This document shows, piece after piece, positions 12,941 to 25,806 of a stretch of DNA of 64,000 nt; the stretch's first letter is position 1, and every line of letters starts with the position of its first letter. This DNA comes from Octopus sinensis. Taxonomy: Eukaryota. The stretch spans positions 28,768,001 to 28,832,000 of the forward strand of contig NC_043008.1 in NCBI RefSeq assembly GCF_006345805.1, read 5' to 3'. A model generated the notes under the pieces. It made no database searches, was not told where the DNA came from, and was given only the letters and a program-made list of their open reading frames with translations. The translations under genes were made by a program, and so were the position numbers.

Positions 12941-13840
12941 TATCTTGGATCCATCCCAATAAATAATATTTTTTTCAGTTGCATGAACTAAAAGTTGGAA
13001 GGGGACGGGATAATCTACCTTCATCAACTTGCCATGAAAGCGGGTAGTAATTTTATCTACAACTTATTTTTAGCGCAAGTTTTGAAGAATGCAGTGCGAT
13101 TTTAACAGTTATGTTTCAAAGCTGTTATGGAAGTGACATAGGAACATCTTCGCTATATTTTGCTCTATAACTTCAATAAATGTAACAACGTAACGGAAAG
13201 TGCAAGGAATATTAATACAGTATATGAGGATCGGGTAAGAAGCGTAAGCCAGTGTCAACGGTCTTTCCGGAAATTCCGAGTCTAGAAACGAGCCTCGTCC
13301 TAGAAAATCTGTAGAGTTCGACGAGAAAGTCTTGAAAACCATGGAGGAACAAAATCGCATCGAACTCTTGAGGAACTAGCAGAGAAGCTTGGATTTGGTC
13401 ATTGAACTATTCATCGACACCTACGTGCAATCGGGCAAGTAAGCAAATTAGGTCAAAAGGTTCCTCACAAAATTTCCGAGTTTCAGTTTTGGCCACATAC
13501 AGCGAGGATGATATTCCAGAGGTTGGAGCAGTTTTAATGGGAAACGACACTCCAACCACCATATTTGCCGAATACTGCCATATCTGATTATCGTTTATTC
13601 AAAATAATGTGGACAGAAAAAAAAATATCTGTAGACGAGTATAGTACAGTACTGGAGAAGTATTTTTCGTCACATACAAGTGAAATTTGGAAGAGGGGCC
13701 TTGCAAGTCTACCAGATAGATGAAAGAGTATTGTAGAAAACGAAGGAGGATATATATATATTAGAGAACTTAGTTTATCTTGATTTTAAAGAATAAAAGA
13801 ATCATAAAAAGCTGTATTCTTTATGGGATGACCCAATATA
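12941..13840 (+). mobile_element. Degenerate, internally deleted mariner-type transposon
   Basis: Translation ..EELAEKLGFGH*TIHRHLRAIGQVSKLGQKVPHKI (WVPH-like) and ..WKRGLASLPDR*KSIVENEGGY C-terminus; imperfect TIRs tatcttggatccatcccaataaataat / tattctttatgggatgacccaatata. Confidence 0.7.
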
Positions 13841-13865
13841 TATGTAAATATATGTAAATACATGC

Positions 13866-13869
<4 letters not shown>

Positions 13870-13938
<69 letters not shown>
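13870..13938. repeat. (TA)n microsatellite
   Basis: Direct. Confidence 0.95.
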
Positions 13939-13939
<1 letters not shown>

Positions 13940-14471
13940 TCAATCACTACTGGGATTGTTTCTGCTATTTCTTTTTTCTGATGATCTATGCAAAGGGAAT
14001 ACAAGCATTTCATCGCTTATTTAAGGATCAACGGACACGAATGGAAATAAAACTTATTCAAAGGCTTATGAGAAGCTGACTAAATTTTTCAAAAAATTAT
14101 ATCAAGCTTGCTGAATTTTATTCTAGATTGAATATATAGTTTACCAACAAAAATGTCGTTCAAAATTTTGTCTGTTTTGACAATTGGTATGTATACAATA
14201 ATAATAGAAACTGTAAATGCCAAAAAATTATTTCGATGTTTTTTTCGTAGAACGACAAATAACTTCACTAAAATTTATTTGATTAACTCATTTTCTCATT
14301 CTGCAGTTCATTGAATATGAAATTATATTTACTGATGCGGGGAGTTGATGACATGGCTACACTACAACTGAGAATGATTTTTCAAAATCTGTTTTCTGAA
14401 CAGATGTTGTTTATATAGTTGCCCGGGTTCATATCGTTCTATATATTGTTCATTTCATTATACATTAATTA

Positions 14472-14687
14472 TGGCGGTGAGCTGACAGATCCGGTATCAC
14501 GTTGGACGAAATGCATAGCGGTGTTTCGCCCGTCACCACGTTCTGAGTACAAATTCCGCCGAGGTCGGCTTTGGCTTTCATCCTTTCGAGGACGGTAAAA
14601 TAAGTACCAGTGAAACACTGGGGTCGATGTAATCGACTAGTTCCCTTCCCCAAAATTTCTGGCCTTGCGCCTATAGTAGAACGGATT
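14472..14687 (+). mobile_element. SINE family A
   Basis: tggcggtgagctgacag head; gagtacaaattccgccgaggtcggctttggctttcatcc core. Confidence 0.85.
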
Positions 14688-14744
14688 GTATATGGGTAGC
14701 AGTGAATCGAATTGTGTAATACGATGTAATAGTAAACATAACAG

Positions 14745-14765
14745 TAATAATAATAATAACAGTAC

Positions 14766-14825
<60 letters not shown>
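14745..14825. repeat. (AAT)n microsatellite
   Basis: Direct. Confidence 0.95.
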
Positions 14826-14826
<1 letters not shown>

Positions 14827-15660
14827 CCGACGCTTGTGGGTATAGTTATTTTGGAAGTTTGAAGCTGGATGACATTCTACACAGGGAAATGTAAGTCAAG
14901 GTCAGCGAGGCATATCAAAAAAGGCAGAAGATGGTGTTGAACTCTACCTGAATGCCGAAAATTTGATTACCGTAATGAATATCGCGGCAGTTGCGGTAGT
15001 CAGATATAGTGCGTCAATCGTCAAATGGATTAAAGAGGAAATATCAACTCTGGATACAAGGACAAGAAAGTTGATAACGCTGCATGGGGTGCTAAACCCT
15101 AAAGCAAACATAAAAATTATGTATGTATGGATTGAAAGGAGAACGCTTGCCGAGTATTTGTTAAATAGCGACGAAGACCTGCTGCAATATGCCGCGAAGG
15201 ATATGGGTGTAAATGAAGATGAAATGATGAGCAAGGAAGAGTTTAAACAAAAAGCTGAGAAGAAAAGAAAAGAAGACCTTGAAATGAGAATGCATGAACA
15301 GTTTGAAATGAATACACAGGACGTTAAGTTTAATACAGTATTCTGGGCATGGCGTGATTTGAAGTGTACCATTGAAAGTTCTGACACCCAGAAACGCAGC
15401 CTCCATGGAAAAAGTGTGGAAAATGTGACCCACTTGGTGAGAATACAAGCGCCGCACGATAAAGTGTGTGTATATCCATTGACTCTTATACCGTAAATGA
15501 AATAACAGAGAACTGGTATGAAGAGCTACCAAGTAAAGTTATGCAGGAGGACGGAAAAGTAACTATACTCTAGGGCTATAATTTTCAGACGGAATGTGTA
15601 GTCGAACACCGTCGGCCGGATATCGTCATATTGAATAAGAGCAACAAATACTGTCAGATT
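14826..15660 (+). mobile_element. R4/Dong-like fragment (post-RT region to RLE), plus strand
   Basis: ORF 14963..15496 AVAVVRYSASIVKW..LDTRTRKLITLHGVLNPKA; RPDIVILNK near 15615; starts immediately after (AAT)n. Confidence 0.8.
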
Positions 15661-15836
15661 ATACCAAATAACATGAATATTGTAAGTGAAGAACATTATT
15701 TACATTTGACGGATATTTGTCCTCACCTTGTTTGTTGTTAACACAATGTTTCGGCTGAGTTACCCTCCAGCATTCATCAGCTGTCTTAGAGAAATTTCGA
15801 ACCTGGGTTGTTACTCCTAAGGTATTTTTCGATGTA

Positions 15837-15890
<54 letters not shown>
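15660..15890 (-). mobile_element. Penelope-like pseudo-LTR fragment including an (AAT)n tract
   Basis: Minus strand carries CTGATGA..GAAAC hammerhead core then ttaacaacaaacaaggtgaggacaaatatccgtcaaatg; adjacent to a GIY-YIG remnant. Confidence 0.7.
15740..15785 (-). ncRNA. Decayed minimal hammerhead ribozyme motif
   Basis: GACAG-CTGATGA-aTGCTG gagggtaact CAGCC-GAAAC-ATT-GTGTT: core intact, stem II GCTG/CAGC, stem I 4 of 5 pairs, ACATT instead of ACGTH. Confidence 0.6.
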
Positions 15891-15892
<2 letters not shown>

Positions 15893-16200
15893 GTTATTCA
15901 AAGACGATACATGCCGTCCCCTCAAAATAAGAGTAGGCGAACATTTCAAAGCTGTGACACAAGAGATATTGATAAATTGGGTATAGCTGATCATGTATGG
16001 AAAATGGAGACTACTTCCCGAGTAGGATGAACTTACAATAATAGATAGAGAACACCCCTGGAAAATACGAAAACTGAAAGAAGCAGCACATATGCTAGGA
16101 CACAATAACCTCCTAAGCAGACAGTGCAGATATGAGCAGCATATGGGAACCGGTATTATGGAAAGATAGAAAAATATTAGATTTATAAGCCCAAAAATTC
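15891..16200 (+). mobile_element. Penelope-like element, GIY-YIG endonuclease C-terminal remnant
   Basis: Translation KIRVGEHFKAV..ADHVWK..IDREHPWKIRKLKEAAHMLGHNNLLSR fits the RxxEH/ADH/RKxKEA pattern of Penelope-type GIY-YIG domains. Confidence 0.75.
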
Positions 16201-16214
16201 ACTCCATAATTACC

Positions 16215-16364
16215 CAGAGGCATAGGGCATATGTGATAAAGATTCTACTAACAGTTTCGCAAGTTTGGTATAGATGATTTGCTGTGGCAGCGCACGTGCC
16301 TGGGGGGGTGCTTATACATATATACACACAAACACACACACACGCACGCACACATACACACACA

Positions 16365-16440
<76 letters not shown>

Positions 16441-16590
16441 GTTTGTGTGTGTATATATATAAGCACACCTCAGATGCGCTGTCTCAGCAAAATGTGTGTG
16501 AATATGTAAACACGTGAACAGCAAATCATCTATATCAAATTTGCGAAACTGTGGGTAGAATCTTTATCACATATGCATTCATATCTCTAC
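16215..16590. mobile_element. Foldback/MITE-like palindromic element with (CA)n(TA)n centre
   Basis: gcatatgtgataaagattctactaacagtttcgcaagtttggtatagatgatttgctg (from 16227) is the reverse complement of about 16518-16576 with few mismatches; inner arms also inverted. Confidence 0.75.
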
Positions 16591-17339
16591 AAATCATCTG
16601 TACGTATTCTCATTACTGTTTCTCGGTTTCTCGCTTATACACCAATAATAATTATAAACTTTTTGCAACTCATACACTGAAGCGTAGATAACACATACTG
16701 AATGCATGGTATTTAAATGCCTGTACCAAAGACAAGTGCCATTCCACTGATACAAAAAAACAACAAATATGGTAAGTGTTCAGTAAAAGCATGCTATAAA
16801 ACGAGATCAAATAATAAAGGAGAACGTAATAGTACATGGAAGAGATTTCAACACACGCCCAGTGGCTGTTTGTTTCAAAAATTAAAAGCTATAACGATGG
16901 ACCCTTCTCTTAATGTCACTGCGCAAACAAATAACAAACCCCAAAAGAGCGATGGACAGATATCCATGACTACAATGATCTGATTATACGCACACTACAT
17001 TGCAGCACTCCCACAAAACATTCAGGAAGAAACTCATACACTAAATTACCAACAAAATTTACAAGCCACGCATGTACCATAAAATTCACACACCCAAACG
17101 ACATAACTTGCTCTGCACAAACAAAACACAATACAAATACTAACACAAAACATGATTCTAACCAAACTCCATGACAAAACGTTCTGACGCTGACGTAATA
17201 AAATATCCTCCCCACCCCCAGAATTGCTACACACACTTCACCAGAAGCCTGGGAATTGAACAAGTTTTGAGACTAAAGATTTAAATGTTCTTTGAGAAAA
17301 TAAATGAGAAAGAAATCAAACTATGCTGGATCATAGATA

Positions 17340-17930
17340 TAGCATGCCCAGCTGATAACAAGGTATGCGATAAGGAAGAATGAAAAGTTGGGAGATATGA
17401 CAGGTTAGCTTATTATTCAACACCAAGCATGAAGGTTGCAACGTCAGAGCTAAGGCGGAGAGGATAGAAGTCGTTAGATGGGCCCGCTCGACCGACGCGC
17501 AAGTTGGTAATAAAATTACAATTCGGTCATTGAGTGGTCGGGACGGGCGCATGCTACACGAGTCAAGGCAGATTTGTGCGGAATTTCAGCAGCACTTTGC
17601 TGAAATGTACGAGGCGCGTGGTGGCACGGAGGTGGAGCTAAACTACTTTGAGGAGTTGACACAGGTTTTGGCCAGGGACGTGGAAATCCGCGAAATACCA
17701 ATAACAGCTGAAGACATATGTGAGGCGTTTACTAGTTGGACTAGGGAGAGCTCTCAAGGATTGGATGGTCTGCACTTCAAGCTTTATATACATATACCAG
17801 ACTTGCTTGGTGAGCTTTTGGGAGACGTCTACAGCAACTGGCGGAAGAATGGGAGAATACCCGGATCTGTGAGCCGAGATGTGGCGACGCTACTGAGAAA
17901 GGATCCGAACAAGGGGGACATTGGAGCTAG
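17340..17930 (+). mobile_element. Tx1/L1-like LINE ORF2 fragment (region before the RT core)
   Basis: EGCNVRAK..SLSGRDG and ORF 17530..17952 PITAEDI..SQGLDGL..LY..LLRKDPNKGD (SPGxDG / LLxK motif). Confidence 0.75.
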
Positions 17931-17944
17931 TTTTGTTCTTGGTG

Positions 17945-19400
17945 ATCTTTGACACCTGTATCCGATCTATTAAACTTGATTTCTCTATCTGTGTGTAAGG
18001 GCATATCCCAAGCTATGGTAGCTTTCTCCTTTCCTGCGACCATTTGGGTGGTGTCTCTATACCAACTCATTTCTGTGATTATTCCATAGTGTTGCATAGC
18101 TTCTAGTGTATATAGGCCCCATCACTTACGTGTCTGTGAATATATTCCCTTTTAGCTATGATGGGCAGCCAAATACAATATAATTTCTTGCTTCTTCTCC
18201 ATCCCAACATATTCTGTAGTTATTTGTATTGCTTTTAATTATGTGTTTTTTTGTGAGTCTGATTCATGATAGGAAGGCTTTGCTCTTGCGTTGCAATTAA
18301 AATATTTCAGTCCCTGCTTTCAGTCTCGAGCTTCTCAGCAACGGTTGGGATTTTGCTTTGTCAATCTTTTTTTCTGTTTAGCTTACCTCCATAATTGTCA
18401 TGTAGGAGCTTTTCTTGCCATCGTTTTATCATGATACTTAGCTTTTCCAGTTTTAGTTTGGATTTTATTTGTTCTTCAACTTTTGTTGTTTTTTCTTTAT
18501 GATTTCCTTTTTGAATTTGCCAACTTCTTTAAATACAGAAAAAAACGCTTTTGTTTTGTTCGTGGTTTTGCGGCTATTTCAATCAGTTTTCCTTGATTTT
18601 CAAGTAGACATTTCTGTGGTTACTTTGAAATATTTTTCTAGCTGTACAGGGCCTCTATCCCTTTCGATACGTTGTATGTATAAGCTTTCTATGTCAGGTT
18701 TTAGGTGGCAGATCCCAAATCTTGTGATTTTTTTTCTTGTTTTCCTGTCTATTTTGATTAGTTCATTTAGAGTCGAGTTAAGAATATTGTAGCGGTAACT
18801 TATGACTAGGCCGGCTAGAGTGTTGGTGACTATTATCTTGTTTTTCGCATTGAGCTCTGTTTTTAATATTAATCTAACTCGTCTATAGTATTATTTTTTA
18901 TATTTTCTCTTTCATTTGTGTGTGTTGTATCATATCTAGTTCATTGATTCCTAAATATTTGTATGTCTGGCTTCAGTCTAAATCTCTGGTTTCGTTTGCT
19001 TTATCTAGTGTGATGTTGTTACTCTTAACTAGTTTTCCTCTTTCCAAGTTTGCTTTTGGACATTTTTCTAAACCAAATTTTATGTCTATTTCTTTGGTAA
19101 ATCCATGTACTGTCCGAAGTAATGTTTCCAGCTGTTTATCGTTTGTAGCATACAGTTTCAGATCCTTCATATGATTGATTGTTTTGCTGTAACAGTTGCA
19201 TCCACATCCAATTCTGTTTAGCATGTCAGATAAAGGTGTCAGTGCCAAGCAGAAAAGGAGTAAAGAGATCGTGTTTTCCTGGAGTATTACACTTCTAACA
19301 GGGATGGCGTTAGATCTTCTGAGTCCCTCTTTCGTCTGGAGCTGTTGCCCTGTTTGCATTTTATTCATGGATTGTGTTGTATATTTAATGATTATTGGTG
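17945..19400 (-). mobile_element. R4/Dong-like fragment (lineage C; RT to RLE), degenerate
   Basis: LLLFCLALTPLSDMLN..KDLKLYA..KFGLEKC (18973..19368); homologous to 25200-26900; 5' end abuts the (TTA)n tract. Confidence 0.85.
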
Positions 19401-19407
19401 ATACCTT

Positions 19408-19520
19408 GTCATTATTATTGTTACTATTAATATTAATATTATTATCATTATTAATATTATTATTATTGTTGTTGTTGTTATTGTTGTTGTCGTCGTCGTT
19501 GTCGTCGTCGTTGTCGTCGT
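19408..19520. repeat. Compound (TTA)n/(TTG)n/(TCG)n microsatellite
   Basis: Direct. Confidence 0.9.
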
Positions 19521-19699
19521 CTAATACGTATTACTCATCGTTCCGTAAGTTTTTTTTTTGTTGTTACACAGAGTTATATATTGAACATTTGTGCTCCTTT
19601 TATGGATAAATTTACAACGACCTTAAGGAACAGTTTAGTTTTATCCTTCTGTAGACCATAGGGACTAAATTAGAATGAGTTAACCAAAGAAGCCCCCTC

Positions 19700-20820
19700 A
19701 ATATTTGTTTAAAATCAGGCAGATGTGTATGCTTCACCCGCTGAAAGGAACAGGCAAATTGAAACATCCAATGGGAGCAGAGTCACTATCAGTAGCAACA
19801 TCAACATAACTGCAACAACAAAGCACAGGGAATGTGTAAAGCTACCCTCCCGCTCCTGAAGAAATCAAAACTGCCTTCACCATCATAGGAACCACAAAAG
19901 AGAACAATGGGAAAACAAAAATCAGCAACAACCGGAATACTGCCCTCTCCACCAACGGCAGTAGCAGTAGCAGCAGCAAATCCATTATATCCACTACTAC
20001 CGCCACCACGAAACTGAACATTAATAGCACGGATGCAGCAACCGTTCATCTTTCTAAATTAAATGGGAAACGTTTTGTAGATACCTTTAGTCGATTGGAG
20101 AAAGTTGACGAGTCAGAAAAAAGCATTAAGTTACACCAAAGCGCACTTACCAAAGAAAGGCAGAATAATTTTTCTAAACTTGTCAATGTAATACAGAAAG
20201 ATACTAGAAAACACAAACTATTATCTACAAGTGTATTCTGTTAAAAGACAGGGAACTAGTGCGGGCGACAACAGGCCCAGATGTAGAAATGAAAAGAACA
20301 GGTATGGAATATACAAATGTATGTCACACGAGGGAGAAAATTTAGCAGAGTAGAGTTAAAATTCCAAACTGGCGAATCAGCCAAATAAAGTGGGACAGCA
20401 CTCCTCAAATATAAGGAATTATGATTAATTCTAATATAGCTGGTCAGATTGCCGTTAAAATAAAAGTAACTGAGGTACCATGGGAAGTGGACATCACTTT
20501 TGGTGGCAAAATAAAACAAAACTTCTCCAAGTACACAGAATGGGAAAAAAGAAACTGGTCATGCACAGGAATGCAATTATTTGTACATGCCGATAATACA
20601 GATATTGGAGCTAATACTCTATACGATCAATCTTTTTGTATGGTATACAGCTATTCGTAGAAGTCGCGGGCAGAAAGCCGAAATCCTACTTTTGTGGCAG
20701 GACAAACCACTTCTCTGAACATACGTCTGTAATCTGGAGAGGACAAGGAGAAAGGTGCCTGCTTCAGGTCCATTTGGCGTTTGGGGTGACCAGGATATGT
20801 AGGGTTTTTGATCGGCTCTA
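19700..20820 (+). mobile_element. Probable gag-like ORF1 remnant of a Tx1/L1-type LINE
   Basis: About 135-codon stop-free stretch 19840-20245, then RKFSRVELKF, KIKVTEVPWEVD and EVAGRKPKSYFCGRTNHF (decayed CCHC knuckle); frames broken; family call from recall. Confidence 0.5.
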
Positions 20821-20864
20821 GATGGAACTACAACAAGAACTAAGCATCAACAATAACAGCATCT

Positions 20865-20883
20865 ACTTCTACCACTACTACTG

Positions 20884-20917
<34 letters not shown>

Positions 20918-20950
20918 CAATACTACTACTACTACTACTACTACTACTAG
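20865..20950. repeat. (CTA)n microsatellite
   Basis: Direct. Confidence 0.9.
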
Positions 20951-23440
20951 CCATTTTGTATTACTATTGCGGATTTTACTTCTATCCTTTAAAGATGATC
21001 ATTATACCCTTTGTTTCTTTCCTCATCCAGATCTCTCTACTCATCTCCTATACCACCATTATCGCCATCACAGATTATTCACTTAACTCTCTCTTCCCTT
21101 TTTCGACATGAATCCATTTGTTTTTCTAATTTTTAGTTTCATCTTGCTTTTTCCTAGCTTCTATTTGTTTTGGCATTTACTATCTTTTTACATTTCCTTT
21201 TGAAATTTGTTATATTTTTCACTAACTTAACAATTTAATTTTTACAAAGTTTTCAATTACATTTTTTCAATATATTTCAATATATTTTCACGGTTTTTTT
21301 TCAATACTCTTATCAAAATTTCATTCATTGAATTAGTATTGCTATGTTTTAAATTTACCTATTTATTTTTTTTGTCGTACCAACTTTCCCATTTCCTACA
21401 TTGTAATTTCTTCCCTTCATTTTATTTCTGTATTTATATTTTTCACTTCATTTCCCACATGTACTGTCCACTTTATCACTACTACTACAACTGCCACTAA
21501 CTACTCCTAGTTTACCTTTCAATTACGGATCAGTCCTCTAAATAAGAATCACAGCTTCTAAATTTCATTTGCATCTTCCTTTATTTGTGCTTCATTTATT
21601 TATATTTATTTTTATTTTTCTAATTTTAAATACTCAACCACTGGCTATGTTCTCCACTCCCAACTGGTCACAATGTCATTCATGTTTTTGTTGCCATTGA
21701 ATTCCTTCACAGTTCTAGTACCCGCTCATCCTACGTAATTTCTCCAATCAAAGCACTCTTCCTTCACACTTTTCTTTTTATTTTCTTCTCTATTCATTTT
21801 GTTCTTTCGTTTTATCTTCCTCTTTCCTATCTTTTCATTTATTCAATTTCTCCTTCATCCGTATTCCTCAAGATCGAAATCCTATACATAGATTTGCAGA
21901 ATCAATGATTTCTTCTATCGTAGATTGCCTCATGACCCTATTCACCTAACGGTGAAGTGCAGATTACAAGAGACTATCTCGATAAAATGTTAGTGTTGAT
22001 AGCGCACACACATACACAAAATCACGCACCCACTTACACACACACACACACACACATCTGTGTGGTTGCTGTCAATTCGTGCACAAGTATGATTTCCTTT
22101 GACAGTGTATCTCACCTTAGATGCTAAAGAAAACGACCGTCAACAAAGACAATGCTGATAATTAATCTCAATATCTTTCCCAACGCCCCTAAGATTCTCC
22201 GCTACACAGCCGATACATCCAGAAACATGCAATTGTACTTCTCCCGCTATGAAATCGACTGGTTTTGTTTTTATTTCAGTATTTCCTTCTCCTGTAGAGA
22301 TAACGAAACAAATGCCAGGTGCCGCTCGCTCTTAGTTACTGGATAGCCACTGATGCGACTGACTTCATACATCCTTTGAGAGATTGTGTTTTCAAAATTA
22401 ATTTTTTTTTCAAATTAAACAGATATATTCTCATTTCGGTTTCCGTTTTATTTCTGTTGAGGAATAATTACGCTTACGTTTCATTCATTCTAGATTATGA
22501 GAACGTTTATTTTTGCAAGTATTTTCCTATGCGTGTGCCTGTCTAGAGAAAATGAGCATTATGTAAGAATTATTTTTGATGCTTATTCAATGAAACGAAC
22601 ACATACAATCATCCAATAAACATTCTCATTTAATCAAGCACGTACATCAGACCCTAGAAACAATAAGTAACTCTTTATGTAATTAATTCTCTTCCTCACA
22701 ATTCAATTCTTGTGAATAGGCAAAGAGTAGATATATTTATTGAGAGACTATCTTTCCTGATCTGGAAGTGATTTTGTTATACTTATGAAAGCAAAGTATA
22801 TTAACAATGACACTTCTTGCTCAAACACAAACAACGCGACGACGACAATAACCTAAAGTTCCTTATAAAATGTGTCATTCGCTGTATAATCTATAAGAGA
22901 CTATTTTGTATCTATTGCTTTATAAGTGGCTGCAATTTCTAGTAGATTAAAATAAATCACACAGGATTTTGAATTGACTTGGTGGCCGCCTGTAAAGTTG
23001 ATAGTATATATTTCGAATACTGAATCAGCTTTATCTGAAATATTGATATGAAATTTGCATCATAAATATAGGTTATATGCATTGGTTAAACTAACAAAAT
23101 TACATAAAGAATATAAATAGATATCGTTTCTTAATGGAGAAAATTCAGAGACAGTGAAAATAATATTTATAGAACTGCGATAAAATTCAATAAGAATAAG
23201 AATGATCAGCGTGATAAGGTTGGCAGTGAGAATATCCTCATTCATAAATTTTGCAATAAATATGTTGCTATCATGGTTGTTCTTGTTCTTGTTCTTGTTG
23301 CTCTTGTTCTTGTTATTATTCTGCCGGGCAGAATTGTTAACAACAGTTTGTCCGTCTTCATATTCTGAGATCAAACTCCCCAGTGACAATTTTGCCATTC
23401 AGCATTTCGAGGTCGATATACATAAGTACCAAATAATAAT

Positions 23441-23861
23441 ACCAGAGATTTGCTTCTTAGTTGTTTGACCATAACAAGTTGACCATGTCGTTTTGTGGCT
23501 GACGATATGTGCTTCTCTGATCACGAGCAGAAGTAGAGGGGGGCATCATAGCCATGTGTTGAGAGGGATTGTTTGGGGATTGAATAATTCACCTCTGGAA
23601 ATATGGGTGTCTCGTTCATCATCTTTAAAAAGGTAGCTTTTGAGCGGGATGGTTTACCCGACCAGAAGAAAATTCTAACTGGGCCCACCTGGAAGGTCAT
23701 GTGCTGTTTATCTTGATATGAGATCACGATGTCACGCACATATGGTTGAGATGCATGTGCCTAGTGTACCCTTATCAGACAGGTAGTCATGATGGATATA
23801 CTGGGCTTCGTAAATTTTACCCCAGTGTTACATTGATGGCATGCGCTACTCTCTCACTCAA
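23441..23861 (+). mobile_element. Interspersed SINE-like repeat, family D, ending in (TAA)n
   Basis: Homologous to the reverse complement of 24106-24560 (gatatgtgcttctctgatcacgagcagaagtag, catcatagccatgtgttgagag blocks). Confidence 0.75.
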
Positions 23862-23869
23862 TAATGATG

Positions 23870-23958
<89 letters not shown>

Positions 23959-24067
23959 TTAATAGTAATAATAATAATAATGATGATACTAATAATAATA
24001 ATAATAACAATAATAATAACAATAATAGTAATGTTTATGTTAATAATAAAAAATATTACTCATAATA

Positions 24068-24105
<38 letters not shown>
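23862..24105. repeat. (AAT)n then (TTA)n microsatellite
   Basis: Direct; array polarity switches near 24055. Confidence 0.95.
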
Positions 24106-24627
24106 CGAATGAAACAGCAGACCATGCCATTAATGTGACACTGCGGTAAAATATAGGAAGCCCAGCATACTCATCATGAACACCTTTATGATCAGGGTGC
24201 ACATGTATCACAACCATATGAGCGTGATATGGTGATCTTATGTCAAGATAAACAACGCATAATCTTGAAGGTGCGGGCCAGTTAGAATTTCCTTTAGTTA
24301 AAAAGTTCTCTGAATAAGGGTTGTTTGAGGATGTTGAACAAAACACTCACGTATCCAAAGGTAAATTATCCAAACCTCAAAAATTCCTCTCAACACATGG
24401 CTACGATGCTCCCCCACTACTTCTGCTCGGGATCAGAGAAGCACATATTGTCAGCCATTAAGTGACATTCTCAACTACTTAAGATCAAACTAACAAGCAC
24501 ATCTGTGGTACTGAGCACTATATTTGCTGTAGCTCATCTTTTATACCTAGAGATATAATGTATATGATGACATTTCCAATCAGTTAAGATAATTAGCAAT
24601 GAGAGCCATTGCCTGTTTCTGCATCAG
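24106..24627 (-). mobile_element. SINE-like repeat, family D, inverted copy
   Basis: Reverse complement aligns with 23441-23861; its sense strand also ends in (TAA)n. Confidence 0.75.
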
Positions 24628-24639
24628 AGTAATTAGTAT

Positions 24640-24689
24640 TATTTATTGTTATTATTATTAATATTTTTTTATTATTATTATTATTTTAA

Positions 24690-24782
<93 letters not shown>
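24640..24782. repeat. (TTA)n microsatellite (3' tail/target of the adjacent LINE)
   Basis: Direct. Confidence 0.95.
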
Positions 24783-24785
<3 letters not shown>

Positions 24786-25806
24786 TAGTTTTATTTTTAT
24801 AGCGTGCTTTCACTTCACTACCGAATGCAGCTCTGTGTGCCTTGGGTATGTGCTGTGATTTGATGTGATGCTCTGATGGTTATTGTATGGAAAGTGTTCT
24901 GCGTAGGATGTGTGCAGTGCCTAGTAGTGCAATTTTCTGTATGTTATATGTGTTTGTTAGTCCTTGTGTTTATGTTATGTATTTGTCTGAATATCTTTTT
25001 ATCATGCCTAATGCACCTACTATGATAGGAATTGTTTCTGGTTTTAGATTCCATATTCTGGTTACCTCTATTTCCAGGTCTTTGTGTTTTGAAAGTTTCT
25101 CCATTTCTTTTAGAGACACATTGTCATCTGCCGGTATTGATACATCAATTAGAAATCATTTTTTTCTTCATGATCTCTGACAACTATATCTGGTCTGTTG
25201 GCCTTAATTTCTCTATCTGTGTGTATCGGCATATTCCAGAGACTGGTTGCTTTCTAGTTTTCTGTGACCTTTTCTGGTGTGTGCCTATACCATCTTTTTT
25301 CTGGTGTTATTCCATAATGTTGGCATAGTTACCAGTGTATGTAGATTCCAACTCTGTCATGTCTGTGAATATATTCCTTCTTAGCCAGGACTGGGCAGCC
25401 AGAGATAATATGATTTATTGTTTCTTGTCCATCTCCACATATTCTGCAGTTATTTGTTATATTTCTTTTCATTACACGTTTTTGGTAATTTCTGGTGGGG
25501 AGGCTTTGGTCTTGTGCTGCAATTAAAAATCCCTCTGTCTCTGCTTTGAGTCCTGAGCTTCTCAACCATTGCTGGGATTTTTCTTTGTCTATTTCTTTTG
25601 CGTTTAGTTTAGTCCAGTATTTACCATGAAGGGGCTTTTCTTGCCACCGTTTTATCATGGTTCGTTGGTATTCTATTTTTAGTTTGGATTTCATTTGTTT
25701 TATAGCTTTTGTTGCTTCTTCAACTTCTTCTTCTTCTTCTTCTTCTTCTTCATAATTATTAGGTGGTATGATTTCTTTTTTGTATTTATCAGCTTCCTTA
25801 AATACT

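Noticed and set aside
16700-17330. Coding or LINE remnant
   Set aside because: A/C-rich with short open frames but no motif I can name; left unannotated
17340-20820. One Tx1/L1 element split by the Dong-like insertion
   Set aside because: The ORF2-like piece lies upstream of the ORF1-like piece on the same strand, the reverse of element order
21000-21950. Minus-strand LINE remnant
   Set aside because: Strong T/C skew suggests a decayed element, but no recognisable protein motif survives
23441-24627. SINE-D as the partner of a Dong-like LINE
   Set aside because: Both end in (TAA)n, but I see no shared 3' tail sequence with the LINE 3' ends at 5238, 8430, 24783 or 30621
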